DNA from: a virus
Taxonomy: Duplodnaviria > Caudoviricetes
Virus record (IMG/VR): IMGVR_UViG_3300023105_000131
Span: 1 to 29,256 of that record
DNA length: 29,256 nt
Direction: 5' to 3' (one strand)
Below are positions 17,039-25,371 of the stretch, piece after piece. A program made the position numbers and the translations under genes. The first letter of the stretch is position 1. Every line of letters starts with the position of its first letter. The notes beneath the pieces were generated by a model, which was not told the origin of the DNA, ran no database searches, and saw nothing but the letters and a program-made list of their open reading frames with translations.

Positions 17039-18719
17039 TAGGCGGTCCTCCTGCTGGTGCTGTTGGTGCGGTTGCATTTTCTGCTCCGCTAATTGGCGAT
17101 TCACCGCCTTCAGTATCACCTGCTTCTAAATCATCTCCAGCTGGTAAATCATTACCAGCATCTATGTCAAAACTACGTACACCAACACCGCCAAGACCAG
17201 GTTCACTGTCAGATTCTGGTGCTGTTCCTGATTTGTTTTCTTCTAGCCACATACGTTCGTTTTCTAGAATTTCATCTTCACTTAATCCAAGATACTTTTT
17301 AAGCATAAAGCGTCTGCTCAAGTAGTCCACACCTTCTAGTCCACTGAATACATTAGCACGAGCAGCATGTACTTCAATTTCTTTATACTCACTAAAGCTC
17401 TGTGGCTCAACAAACTTAAGATTAAAGATACTACTATCAATACTAATACCTTTGTTTTTCATAAACAGTTTGAACTCTTTATCAAAAACTGGTGCAATTA
17501 TACTTTGCAGTCTCTGACAATATTGATTAAATCGATACTCTTGAATAAATGCTGTGCCTACTCTACCATCTACATAAGTCGCTGTACCATCGTCTGGTCC
17601 AGTTGGTAAGTAGCTGCTAGGAACACGAAGTGCTCTCAACATTTTATTTGTAAAGTAACGCAAGTCATCAATCTGTCCTAGGTTTTCACCACCTGGCAAC
17701 ACTTCAACTTTACTGCCACGCCCTTCTGCAGTTTGTGCAAAAAAGTAGTCTTCCATAATCGACAGCGGATTATATGCGGCATCCATAATGCTGTTACCAC
17801 CACCAGTTTTACTTGGAATACGTTTTTGGTGTATTTCGTTTTTAACACGTTCAACAAATCCCATGGCTTTGTTTGCTGGCATGTTGCCTACATCTACATA
17901 AAACACACGGCGCTCTGGTGCACGTTGCACACGATAGATAATGATACTATCTTCTAACAGTTCTTTTTGTTTGTAAGTTTTAAAAATTGGATCAAGAATA
18001 CTTGCACCAAATGGGAAATTGCTGTCCATGCCTTCTGTAAGTGCGGCATGCACAACATGTTCTGCATCAACGTTGTATTCTTGTATGTTACCCATTGTAC
18101 TATGCTGACCACTACCAGTTCCATATCCGTTTTGTCCTGTTGACTGGCCACGCATCATACTGTTAACACTACTATAAGTTTCACTATGTCTAATAGGTTC
18201 GCTTACAGTTTTGTTTTGCATGTTTAAATCTAAATTTTTAAACACATACTGTTCTGGTTCTTTGCCCGCTGCTTCATTAATAATAACTTTAGTAACATCT
18301 ACTGGGTTTGCATAATATAATTCCCAGGTTTCTGGATCACGAATAAAAAATTGGTCACCATACTTAATACTGTTACGAAACGTTTTAAAAATGCGTTTAT
18401 CCCAATCTTGTAAGTTACACCATTGACGAAGTGTTTGCTCTAAAATTTTTGCTTCACTCTCAGTAACATCACCTGAGTAGTTTAAATTAAAAGGAAGATC
18501 AGTTGTTTCATCTAATTGTGTACTGAATTCGCTGATAATGTCAAGGGCAGCATTGATTTCACTGTCCATGTCCATTTGGTCATACTGTGCGTATCTTTCA
18601 ACACGATTAGGTTGACCGCTGTATACTTCAGGTAGCCAACTTTGGAAACGGCTAGCACTGCTAGGTTTCATTTCAGATGTTTGTCCTTGATATACAGTAA
18701 AGTGTTTTTTCCAACTCAT
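17031..18719 (-). CDS. gp20: Portal vertex protein, gp20-like
   Basis: LLEDSIIIYRVQRAPERRVFYVDVGNMP..KA; EDYFFAQTAEGRGSKVEVLPGGENLGQIDDLRYF..K..RALRVPSS. Confidence 0.95.
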   Translation of the reverse strand: MSWKKHFTVYQGQTSEMKPSSASRFQSWLPEVYSGQPNRVERYAQYDQMDMDSEINAALDIISEFSTQLDETTDLPFNLNYSGDVTESEAKILEQTLRQWCNLQDWDKRIFKTFRNSIKYGDQFFIRDPETWELYYANPVDVTKVIINEAAGKEPEQYVFKNLDLNMQNKTVSEPIRHSETYSSVNSMMRGQSTGQNGYGTGSGQHSTMGNIQEYNVDAEHVVHAALTEGMDSNFPFGASILDPIFKTYKQKELLEDSIIIYRVQRAPERRVFYVDVGNMPANKAMGFVERVKNEIHQKRIPSKTGGGNSIMDAAYNPLSIMEDYFFAQTAEGRGSKVEVLPGGENLGQIDDLRYFTNKMLRALRVPSSYLPTGPDDGTATYVDGRVGTAFIQEYRFNQYCQRLQSIIAPVFDKEFKLFMKNKGISIDSSIFNLKFVEPQSFSEYKEIEVHAARANVFSGLEGVDYLSRRFMLKKYLGLSEDEILENERMWLEENKSGTAPESDSEPGLGGVGVRSFDIDAGNDLPAGDDLEAGDTEGGESPISGAENATAPTAPAGGPPNA

Positions 18720-18743
18720 TGTTTTCTCTTTTTCTATTAAGTG

Positions 18744-18750
18744 TATTTAT
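18744..18750 (-). promoter_or_regulatory. T4-type late promoter ATAAATA for the portal gene
   Basis: AAGATAAATACAC on the minus strand, about 25 nt upstream of the ATG at 18719. Confidence 0.7.
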
Positions 18751-18763
18751 CTTGATTTGTTAG

Positions 18764-20710
18764 TTAGTTATTTCCATTACTATTAAATGGTACAGACGAA
18801 CTAGAGATATGCACATTAAGTGCATCGCCTGTAAAACTAAATGCGTCTCTCAATGATTGTGCATCAACTGTTGCCATTGCACCAGCACCTAAACCTGCTC
18901 CCGCTAAGAAAGGCATCAATCTTGAGAAATTTTCATTTCCCATAAAGCTACTACTGTTAGGATTCATTTGATCTCTAATATTTTGTCTTGCAGCGTCACG
19001 GCTTGCTCCGCCAGGGCCGCCACCAGGACCCATTCTAGCTCTATCAAATAATCCTGAACCACCTTGGAATAAAAGCATTGCAGCAGGTCCTAATGCATTA
19101 ATAATATGATCCATGGTATCATTATTACCTATACCAGCTATTCCCGCAACGAACTGTGCACCAGATAGTAATGTAGTACCTTGTATCATAGCATTTATAA
19201 AACTAGTAAATGCACCGTCTGGTTTAGTAGCATCCATCATTGCTTCCATTAGTTTACCAAGTCCACTGTTGGTAACATCGTCAACATTAAATGCATCTAA
19301 GAAGCCATCAACAATACCAGCTCTTACTTGTTCTCCAATAACCGCACTATCAAGTGCAATTCTAGATGCCGACAAATCACCATTTTCCAGTGCTGTTGCA
19401 AAATTATTTAAACCTTTTTGTAGCCTGTCCATTGCCTCCTGGACAGTGTCAGTACCATCTGAAAACGATTCAACACTTGCTTGTACTGCTAACAATGCAC
19501 TTGGTACACCAGCTTGTGCTTGTGCTAGATCACTTGCACTAAATTCAATATTTTTAATTTGTCCGGCCAGTGCCATGCCAGCAGCTTCAATTTCTTGTGG
19601 ATCTATACCAGCATTAATACCAGCTGCGCCAGCCTGCAGTGCATCTCTAATATCAACTCCACGTGCTGCCAATCCTGCTGCTAACTGTGTAAATTCCTCG
19701 TTAGCATAATCCATTGGCAATCCAGTAATTAAGTTAGTTAATGCCTTTGATAGTATTGGAGAAACAGTAGGCCCAAGTTGATTAAAAGTTTCGACTAGTT
19801 TATTTTGTGCAGCTACTTGATCTTCAGTCATTGATCTAGCTTTGGCTGCTACAACTGCTTGGCGTCTAAATTCGTTACGTGCAGCAATTCTATCTTGTAT
19901 GTCTTCACCTGTTATACTTGCTGCAACTTCGTTTAACTTTAGGTTTTCTTTTAAACTTTCAATTACATCTTGACGAGCAGTTTTCTCATTTAAACGTTCC
20001 GCACTTTCTAAACGTCTTAATTCAAGCTCGTCTACCAAGAAGGCTGCCATTTCATTTGCACCCATTCCAAAGTATCCGGCTTGTCTAGTTGCATCTTGCA
20101 TTTCTCTTGAAAACTCAATAAAATTGTTTGTGCCTTCAACCATGTTATCGCCTAGCATTCTAACAGCAGGGCCATTTTCAGTAACAATTTTTGCAAGCGT
20201 TTCCATTCCTATGCCGACTGTTGCTGCTTGGTTACGTAGTTCAATAAAGTCCATTCCCAAGCCAGCACCAGTTCTTCTTAGTGCATTTAAACTGCTTCCA
20301 AATTCTTCAAGTATACCAACTAGTGTGCCAATTTGTGCACCCATGACGCCTAGTCCAAGCGTACCAAGTATACCTCCACGTCCTATTAAATCACTAAACT
20401 TTTCTTTACCACTCAAACTCATTGCTTGTGTTAGTGGCTTTTGTAAGCCCCTTGCCAAGTCTTCAAATGACATTTGATTTTTTCGTTGTTCTTCTTTAGA
20501 CGTTTTTTCTAGTGTGTCTGTTATCTTTTTAGTTTGTGATTGATCGTTTTGTATCTGTGCACCAATTTTACCAGCAATTGCTTGCAGAGCATCAGTTTGT
20601 CGTTGTGCTTGTGATAGCACATCTTGCTGTGTTGCTTCCATAGCAAAATCAGGGACTTCCACCCCTACAGCTTGACCTCCAGGTCCAAAAGGTATGTTTA
20701 CTACTGCCAT
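18764..20710 (-). CDS. Putative tape-measure/baseplate-hub-like protein (648 aa)
   Basis: A/G/Q/L-rich, helical-looking sequence with glycine-rich hydrophobic segments; late promoter; adjacent to the gp26-like chaperone. Function is inferred from composition and context only. Confidence 0.45.
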   Translation of the reverse strand: MAVVNIPFGPGGQAVGVEVPDFAMEATQQDVLSQAQRQTDALQAIAGKIGAQIQNDQSQTKKITDTLEKTSKEEQRKNQMSFEDLARGLQKPLTQAMSLSGKEKFSDLIGRGGILGTLGLGVMGAQIGTLVGILEEFGSSLNALRRTGAGLGMDFIELRNQAATVGIGMETLAKIVTENGPAVRMLGDNMVEGTNNFIEFSREMQDATRQAGYFGMGANEMAAFLVDELELRRLESAERLNEKTARQDVIESLKENLKLNEVAASITGEDIQDRIAARNEFRRQAVVAAKARSMTEDQVAAQNKLVETFNQLGPTVSPILSKALTNLITGLPMDYANEEFTQLAAGLAARGVDIRDALQAGAAGINAGIDPQEIEAAGMALAGQIKNIEFSASDLAQAQAGVPSALLAVQASVESFSDGTDTVQEAMDRLQKGLNNFATALENGDLSASRIALDSAVIGEQVRAGIVDGFLDAFNVDDVTNSGLGKLMEAMMDATKPDGAFTSFINAMIQGTTLLSGAQFVAGIAGIGNNDTMDHIINALGPAAMLLFQGGSGLFDRARMGPGGGPGGASRDAARQNIRDQMNPNSSSFMGNENFSRLMPFLAGAGLGAGAMATVDAQSLRDAFSFTGDALNVHISSSSVPFNSNGNN

Positions 20711-20730
20711 TAACTGCTCACTTTATAAAG

Positions 20731-20758
20731 ATAAATAAACGTATATAAAGTATTTATA
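20731..20758. promoter_or_regulatory. Pair of face-to-face late promoters (+ ATAAATA 20731-20737; - TATAAATA 20758-20751)
   Basis: Both motifs lie in the 56-nt gap between the two divergent genes. Confidence 0.65.
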
Positions 20759-20766
20759 GGTGAAAA

Positions 20767-21603
20767 ATGCCCAGTGCACTAACTGACTATTATAGAACAA
20801 AAGAGATATTTGTCAAGTTACCTACACAAGGAAAATGGTACAAACAACAGCTAAGATTAACTGATGATGGCGAAATTGGTGTTATGCCTCTTAGCTTCAA
20901 AGATGAAATGTTGTTGCAAGTGCCTGACAGTATCTACAATGGCGAAAGTTTATTTGAAATACTAAAAAGTATTTTACCTGATATGGATGATCCATATGAG
21001 ATATGCATGCCTGATGTGGATGTAGTTCTACTTGCAAGTAGAATTAGCAGTAACAACGGTAATGTACAAGTTGATGCTACATGTCCAGAATGTGTAAAAG
21101 CATCCAGTTATGATTTGAATATATTAGATATATTGAGCCAAGTCAAAACAATCGAAACAGTTGAAACTGAACTACCAAACGGATTAAGAGTTATTTTTAA
21201 GCCTAACACACTAAAGTCAGTTACTAGTAATCAAATTAAAATAACCGAAAATGCAAGAATGATGCGAAAACTATCTGACACAGACGATCCTAAAATGTTG
21301 CATGATATGTTTAGAGAGAGTTTAGAAAAGTCTACAGCCGCAAACATGGTAATACTTGCAGATACTATTGAAAGTATCACAACACCTAACGACGAAGTTA
21401 TAACAGATGTATCGGAAATTATAGAATGGCTGTCAAATAGTAATAGTACAGTTATACGTCAACTACAAAAAGCAAACAAATCTATAAACAAAAACGGTAT
21501 AAACAACGAGTTTAAATTTGTTTGTAGTGATGAAGAATGTGGACACGAATTCAAAACCGCTGTAGAGTTAAACCCAACTTTTTTTTTCATCGACAACTCG
21601 TAG
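20767..21603 (+). CDS. gp26: Baseplate hub assembly protein/chaperone, T4 gp26-like
   Basis: IFVKLPTQGKWY; DVDVVLLASRISS; CPEC and CSDEEC cysteine pairs; C-terminal ELNPTFFF. Confidence 0.75.
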   Translation: MPSALTDYYRTKEIFVKLPTQGKWYKQQLRLTDDGEIGVMPLSFKDEMLLQVPDSIYNGESLFEILKSILPDMDDPYEICMPDVDVVLLASRISSNNGNVQVDATCPECVKASSYDLNILDILSQVKTIETVETELPNGLRVIFKPNTLKSVTSNQIKITENARMMRKLSDTDDPKMLHDMFRESLEKSTAANMVILADTIESITTPNDEVITDVSEIIEWLSNSNSTVIRQLQKANKSINKNGINNEFKFVCSDEECGHEFKTAVELNPTFFFIDNS

Positions 21604-21827
21604 TATCACCTGATCCCGAAAAAATTATCAATGACATGAATACAACATTAAAGTTGTTGAGAAAACAAATATATGATATTGTCATATATAGCGAAGGTGC
21701 TTTTACTATGAAAGAATTATATCAACTTCCTGTGTATCAAATAGACGAAATTTTAGATTCGTTTAAGGAAAGAAATCAAAAGCAACAAGAAGCAATAGAT
21801 CAATCAAAAGGTAAAAGATCTTTTTAA
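21579..21827 (+). CDS. gp51-like small ORF, possibly expressed as a -1 frameshift extension of the gp26-like protein
   Basis: The -1 frame is open through the T9 run (21579-21587) to the TAA at 21827; GAFTMKELYQLPVYQIDEIL resembles gp51/tail-chaperone C-terminal motifs; no clear SD before the ATG at 21636. Confidence 0.6.
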   Translation, partial: FFFHRQLVVSPDPEKIINDMNTTLKLLRKQIYDIVIYSEGAFTMKELYQLPVYQIDEILDSFKERNQKQQEAIDQSKGKRSF

Positions 21828-21829
21828 CT

Positions 21830-22189
21830 ATTATCTGATGAACTACGTTCATCATCAACCTTCACTGTCGTTCGGTTGAATTTTATTTCTTCGAAATAAT
21901 CTAGTTTCATGTAGATTGTTTCAGTCAGACGGAACCTGAAATCGGTTCCGCCGTCTTCGCTTCATGTGAGGAGTCACAGCCGAGACATAGTGGAAGTAGG
22001 TGTTTTAATTACACAAGTTCAATGGGCTTTGACCTTTCCCAACCTACGTCAACATCGCTTTCGCTACCTCCCGCCTCGTTCCTAGTGCTAAGGAGTTTTT
22101 ATGAACTTATTGTATGTGTATCCCTCAGCAAGATCCGCTGGCCACGAGCATTACCTCGGCTAACTCAATGCTTTTACAAGGAGGGTATA
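21830..22189 (-). ncRNA. Putative large structured non-coding RNA or cis element downstream of the GIY-YIG gene
   Basis: About 360 nt with no credible ORF; higher GC than the flanks; many hairpins and at least two long-range pairings; G-U pairs and a GAAA loop favour the minus strand. Confidence 0.6.
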
Positions 22190-22609
22190 TTATTTTTTGA
22201 GAGATTCTGTAAGTGCCTTGGATCCGCCTACACGGACGTTTATAATGCCATTATAATATTCTTCAGTAAGTAATACTTCTCTGTCGAATTGTTCTTTAGC
22301 CTCTAGATAAGACAGTTGTCCTCTAGTTGTACAAAAATATAAGATTTCTCTAGTAAAGTTTTCTTCGCCTAGTTCATTTACGTCTGCTTGTAGTTTATCT
22401 GACGATCCCCAATAGTCACGCCAGTCACTTTCTACAGTACTTCGCCTTTTACGTTTTTTGCCTTTGAGCGGTGGTTTGGTTCTCTTAAATTGTGCTAATT
22501 TTTTGCCAATATACTTTTTGCCGTTAGTCAGATTTGTAATGAGGTATACAAAGCCAATAATTCCTGAAGGAATTTCTTCTACAAGTTTTCCTTGGTATGT
22601 CCAATGCAT
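22190..22609 (-). CDS. Stand-alone GIY-YIG family endonuclease (Seg-like catalytic domain only)
   Basis: GFVYLITNLTNGKKYIGKK; YWGSS; FTREIL; YLEAKEQ (catalytic Glu); YYNG (conserved Asn); 139 aa. Confidence 0.8.
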   Translation of the reverse strand: MHWTYQGKLVEEIPSGIIGFVYLITNLTNGKKYIGKKLAQFKRTKPPLKGKKRKRRSTVESDWRDYWGSSDKLQADVNELGEENFTREILYFCTTRGQLSYLEAKEQFDREVLLTEEYYNGIINVRVGGSKALTESLKK

Positions 22610-22654
22610 ACGTTGTATATATCATTTATCCTCATAAATCTACTGATTATGGTA

Positions 22655-23356
22655 TTAAAAATTACTTTTTAGAATTTCATAAGTGTGTTGCCAATTTTCT
22701 ACTTGATATACCGTGCCATTGTTCAAGTTAGTAACTGCACCCGCTAGTGCAAAATCATTGCCACCAGGATTGCATTTGTCGCCAAAAAAGTAAATGTCTT
22801 GCTCTTTATCTATGCCATTTAATACTTGTGACTTATCCTTGCCCTTTTCAAAAATATCAATACCAGTTTCTCCACCAATAACAGCATCTAACCTTGAAAA
22901 CTTTTGGTTAATTTTTGCTGCTAGTATGTTTCTCGCATTGTGTTTTTCGTCCCAGGGTATAAAGATTTTTCTGTCTTCTACTGTTGCGTTTCTGCCAGGG
23001 ATACTTACGTTTACTGTGCCTATTCTTTTTTCTATATGTCTGCCAGTTTTATGTGGATAATTAAGTTTTTCAAGTTCGTTAATAAAGTATTGTTCTTCTT
23101 GTTCGTTTATTTGCCAGTCTGATTTATATGTTTCTATGCCTTTAACAAAGTGATGATTGCCACTACATGCAAATATAGCTACAAACTTGTCACTTAAATC
23201 TTTGCCTAATTGTTCTTCTACTTTTGGATAATCACTACCAGTACAAATATAGCACGAGTTTTTGCCGGCAAATTCATGCATAAATTGTTTGAATTCTGTG
23301 TCGATATATTGACGAGCATCTGTCAATGTACCATCTAAATCAAAAAGGTAGTTCAT
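22655..23356 (-). CDS. HAD-IIB hydrolase of the eukaryote-type phosphomannomutase family
   Basis: FDLDGTLT (motif I), CTGSDY, GGETGIDIFEKGKDK, YFFGDKCNPGGNDF. Confidence 0.8.
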   Translation of the reverse strand: MNYLFDLDGTLTDARQYIDTEFKQFMHEFAGKNSCYICTGSDYPKVEEQLGKDLSDKFVAIFACSGNHHFVKGIETYKSDWQINEQEEQYFINELEKLNYPHKTGRHIEKRIGTVNVSIPGRNATVEDRKIFIPWDEKHNARNILAAKINQKFSRLDAVIGGETGIDIFEKGKDKSQVLNGIDKEQDIYFFGDKCNPGGNDFALAGAVTNLNNGTVYQVENWQHTYEILKSNF

Positions 23357-23609
23357 CGTTGTCTTCTATAACTCCATTGTTATACAACTTAGCCCAGATG
23401 TCAATCGGAATTTTACCATTATTTCTTACATCTGTTCTTTTTTTACTTGTATTGATTTCAATATTTTTCCAATCAATACTATAATCTGTTGTGCCTGCGA
23501 TACTACCAATGTCAACTGTATCAACTGTTAAGCTACCTATGTCAAATGTAGTGTCTGATGTGGTAGTTACATCAATTGTATATGTGTCTTCATTCATGTC
23601 ATTTTGCAT
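23340..23609 (-). CDS. Hypothetical protein (89 aa)
   Basis: Fills the gap between gp46 and the PMM-like gene with short overlaps at both ends; T/D-rich N-terminus. Confidence 0.55.
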   Translation of the reverse strand: MQNDMNEDTYTIDVTTTSDTTFDIGSLTVDTVDIGSIAGTTDYSIDWKNIEINTSKKRTDVRNNGKIPIDIWAKLYNNGVIEDNDELPF

Positions 23610-25371
23610 CTACTACCTCCGTATCAACGCTAAATGTTGTGAAGCCATTTTCCTTAATGACTTGTAGTATTGTATTAACACGGCCCTGTAATTCGTCTCT
23701 GTGACTAATTAGGAAAATGTTTTTATTACGTTCTCTTTCTATCTTCTTTAAGATACCTAATGCAGCGTCAACACCATTCGTGTCCATGCCACTGTCAACG
23801 AGTTCGTCGATAGCCAAAAAGTTTAATGGTGTGTTCATTGTTTCAAAAACATCTCTAAACGACCAACTTAAACCTAGTATTAGTCTGTTTCGTTCACCAC
23901 GTGACAGGTTATCAAAGTCCAGCTCACGACCTAGTTCTGTAATTTCTACAGTTAAGTCTGGCTGGAAAGCAACTTCGTGTGGTAATCCTAGTTTAGTTAG
24001 ATAATAAGCAAGTCTGCTATTCAAGTATTGTAAGTTTTGTTCAATAATACGTTTACGTATAAAACTATCTTTGTTGGTTAGTAGTTTGTACAAAAAGTCC
24101 TGGTGTTCTTTTAATTGTACAAGATCATTCATTGTTTCCCAACTTACTTCTTGTAATGCAGTTTCTTTAAGACTATCAATCTGCTCTTGATATGTGTCTG
24201 ATTCGTTTTCTTTGTTTTTGTATTCTGTACGCAAACTATCAACTTGATTTTGATGCTGATATGCTTCTTGTTCTGTGTTATACAATGTAGCCGGTATTTG
24301 CCCCAGATCACCTAACTGTTCGAGTGCACTTTGGTATTCTGTTTTAAATGTAAAGTCGTTGTTAATTAAGTCTTGTGATTCTTCTACTGCTAAACGTTTT
24401 GCTTTAAGTATTTCGCCGTGTTTTTCATCGTGGATCTTTTGACCACACGCATAACATTCGTGTTGCTCAGTTGCTAGTAAATCTTGTTTAGCTTTGTCCA
24501 GACGTTTTTGTTCTCTAGTAATACTATTGGACAGTTTTGTAATTTCAGATTCAAGTGTGTTTACTTGTGTTTTCTTTTCGAGGTAATCAGCTAATAGTTT
24601 ATGATTTGCTAGTTCTTGTTCAATATCAATTTTTTCTAATACGTTAATAGCGTTTTCTAATTCTTGCAGTGACTCTGCTTTTTTAGTTTTCCAAAGATTT
24701 TGTCTACGTTCAAGGTCACCGATACTTTTCGTAATTGTGGCATTTGAATCTTCAACTGCTTTAATACGATACTCTTCTTCTTTAATTGCATCTTTTGTCA
24801 GCCTTTGCTGTTCTTTAAGAGCTTCTGCTTTTTCACTAAGCATAGTAATGCCAAGTAGTTGTTCGATAATAGCTCGCTGGTCGTTAGCTCGCATACTAAG
24901 GAATGGCTCTGTATATGTATTTAATGCGACAACATGTTTAAACATATCATGCGACATACCAAATAGTTTGTCTACTTGTTCTTGAGTTTGGCGATTTTCG
25001 CCTTGCGCTTCATTACCATCATCAGTGTTAATATTGTCAACATAAAATTTAAATATATTTGGCTTACGTCCTCGCTCAATACGATACTGTATGCCATCTA
25101 TTTCAAAATCAAGCGTAACCAACATTCCTTTACCGTTAGTTTTGTTGATTAAGTTGTCTTTACGTATATTAGTTAGCGCATTACCGTACATTGCATACGA
25201 TAATGCATTGATTATTGTAGTTTTTCCTGTTCCGTTACGTGAACCGTCTCCACCCAAGTCCATGTTATTACCCAACACTAGGGTAAGACCGTTATCACTA
25301 AAGCGAACTGCCTGTGTAACGTTACCAACGCTCATAAAATTTTTGATTGTGATGTCTTTAATTGTAATCAT
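23599..25371 (-). CDS. gp46: Recombination endonuclease ATPase subunit (gp46; Rad50/SbcC-like)
   Basis: Walker A RNGTGKTT; coiled coil with CYAC zinc hook; signature LSRGE; Walker B FLAIDE; ISH switch. Confidence 0.93.
   Translation of the reverse strand: MITIKDITIKNFMSVGNVTQAVRFSDNGLTLVLGNNMDLGGDGSRNGTGKTTIINALSYAMYGNALTNIRKDNLINKTNGKGMLVTLDFEIDGIQYRIERGRKPNIFKFYVDNINTDDGNEAQGENRQTQEQVDKLFGMSHDMFKHVVALNTYTEPFLSMRANDQRAIIEQLLGITMLSEKAEALKEQQRLTKDAIKEEEYRIKAVEDSNATITKSIGDLERRQNLWKTKKAESLQELENAINVLEKIDIEQELANHKLLADYLEKKTQVNTLESEITKLSNSITREQKRLDKAKQDLLATEQHECYACGQKIHDEKHGEILKAKRLAVEESQDLINNDFTFKTEYQSALEQLGDLGQIPATLYNTEQEAYQHQNQVDSLRTEYKNKENESDTYQEQIDSLKETALQEVSWETMNDLVQLKEHQDFLYKLLTNKDSFIRKRIIEQNLQYLNSRLAYYLTKLGLPHEVAFQPDLTVEITELGRELDFDNLSRGERNRLILGLSWSFRDVFETMNTPLNFLAIDELVDSGMDTNGVDAALGILKKIERERNKNIFLISHRDELQGRVNTILQVIKENGFTTFSVDTEVVDAK

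Noticed and set aside
22022-22273. 83-aa plus-strand ORF over the structured non-coding tract
   Set aside because: It has no SD, atypical composition, and overlaps the GIY-YIG gene in antisense; the region is better explained by RNA or DNA structure.
21830-22609. Group I intron or RNase P RNA interpretation of the GIY-YIG-linked element
   Set aside because: No interrupted gene flanks it (the neighbours are convergent and look intact), and I could not find P7 R/S consensus sequences or the RNase P GAGGAAAGUCC motif. A covariance-model search is still advisable.
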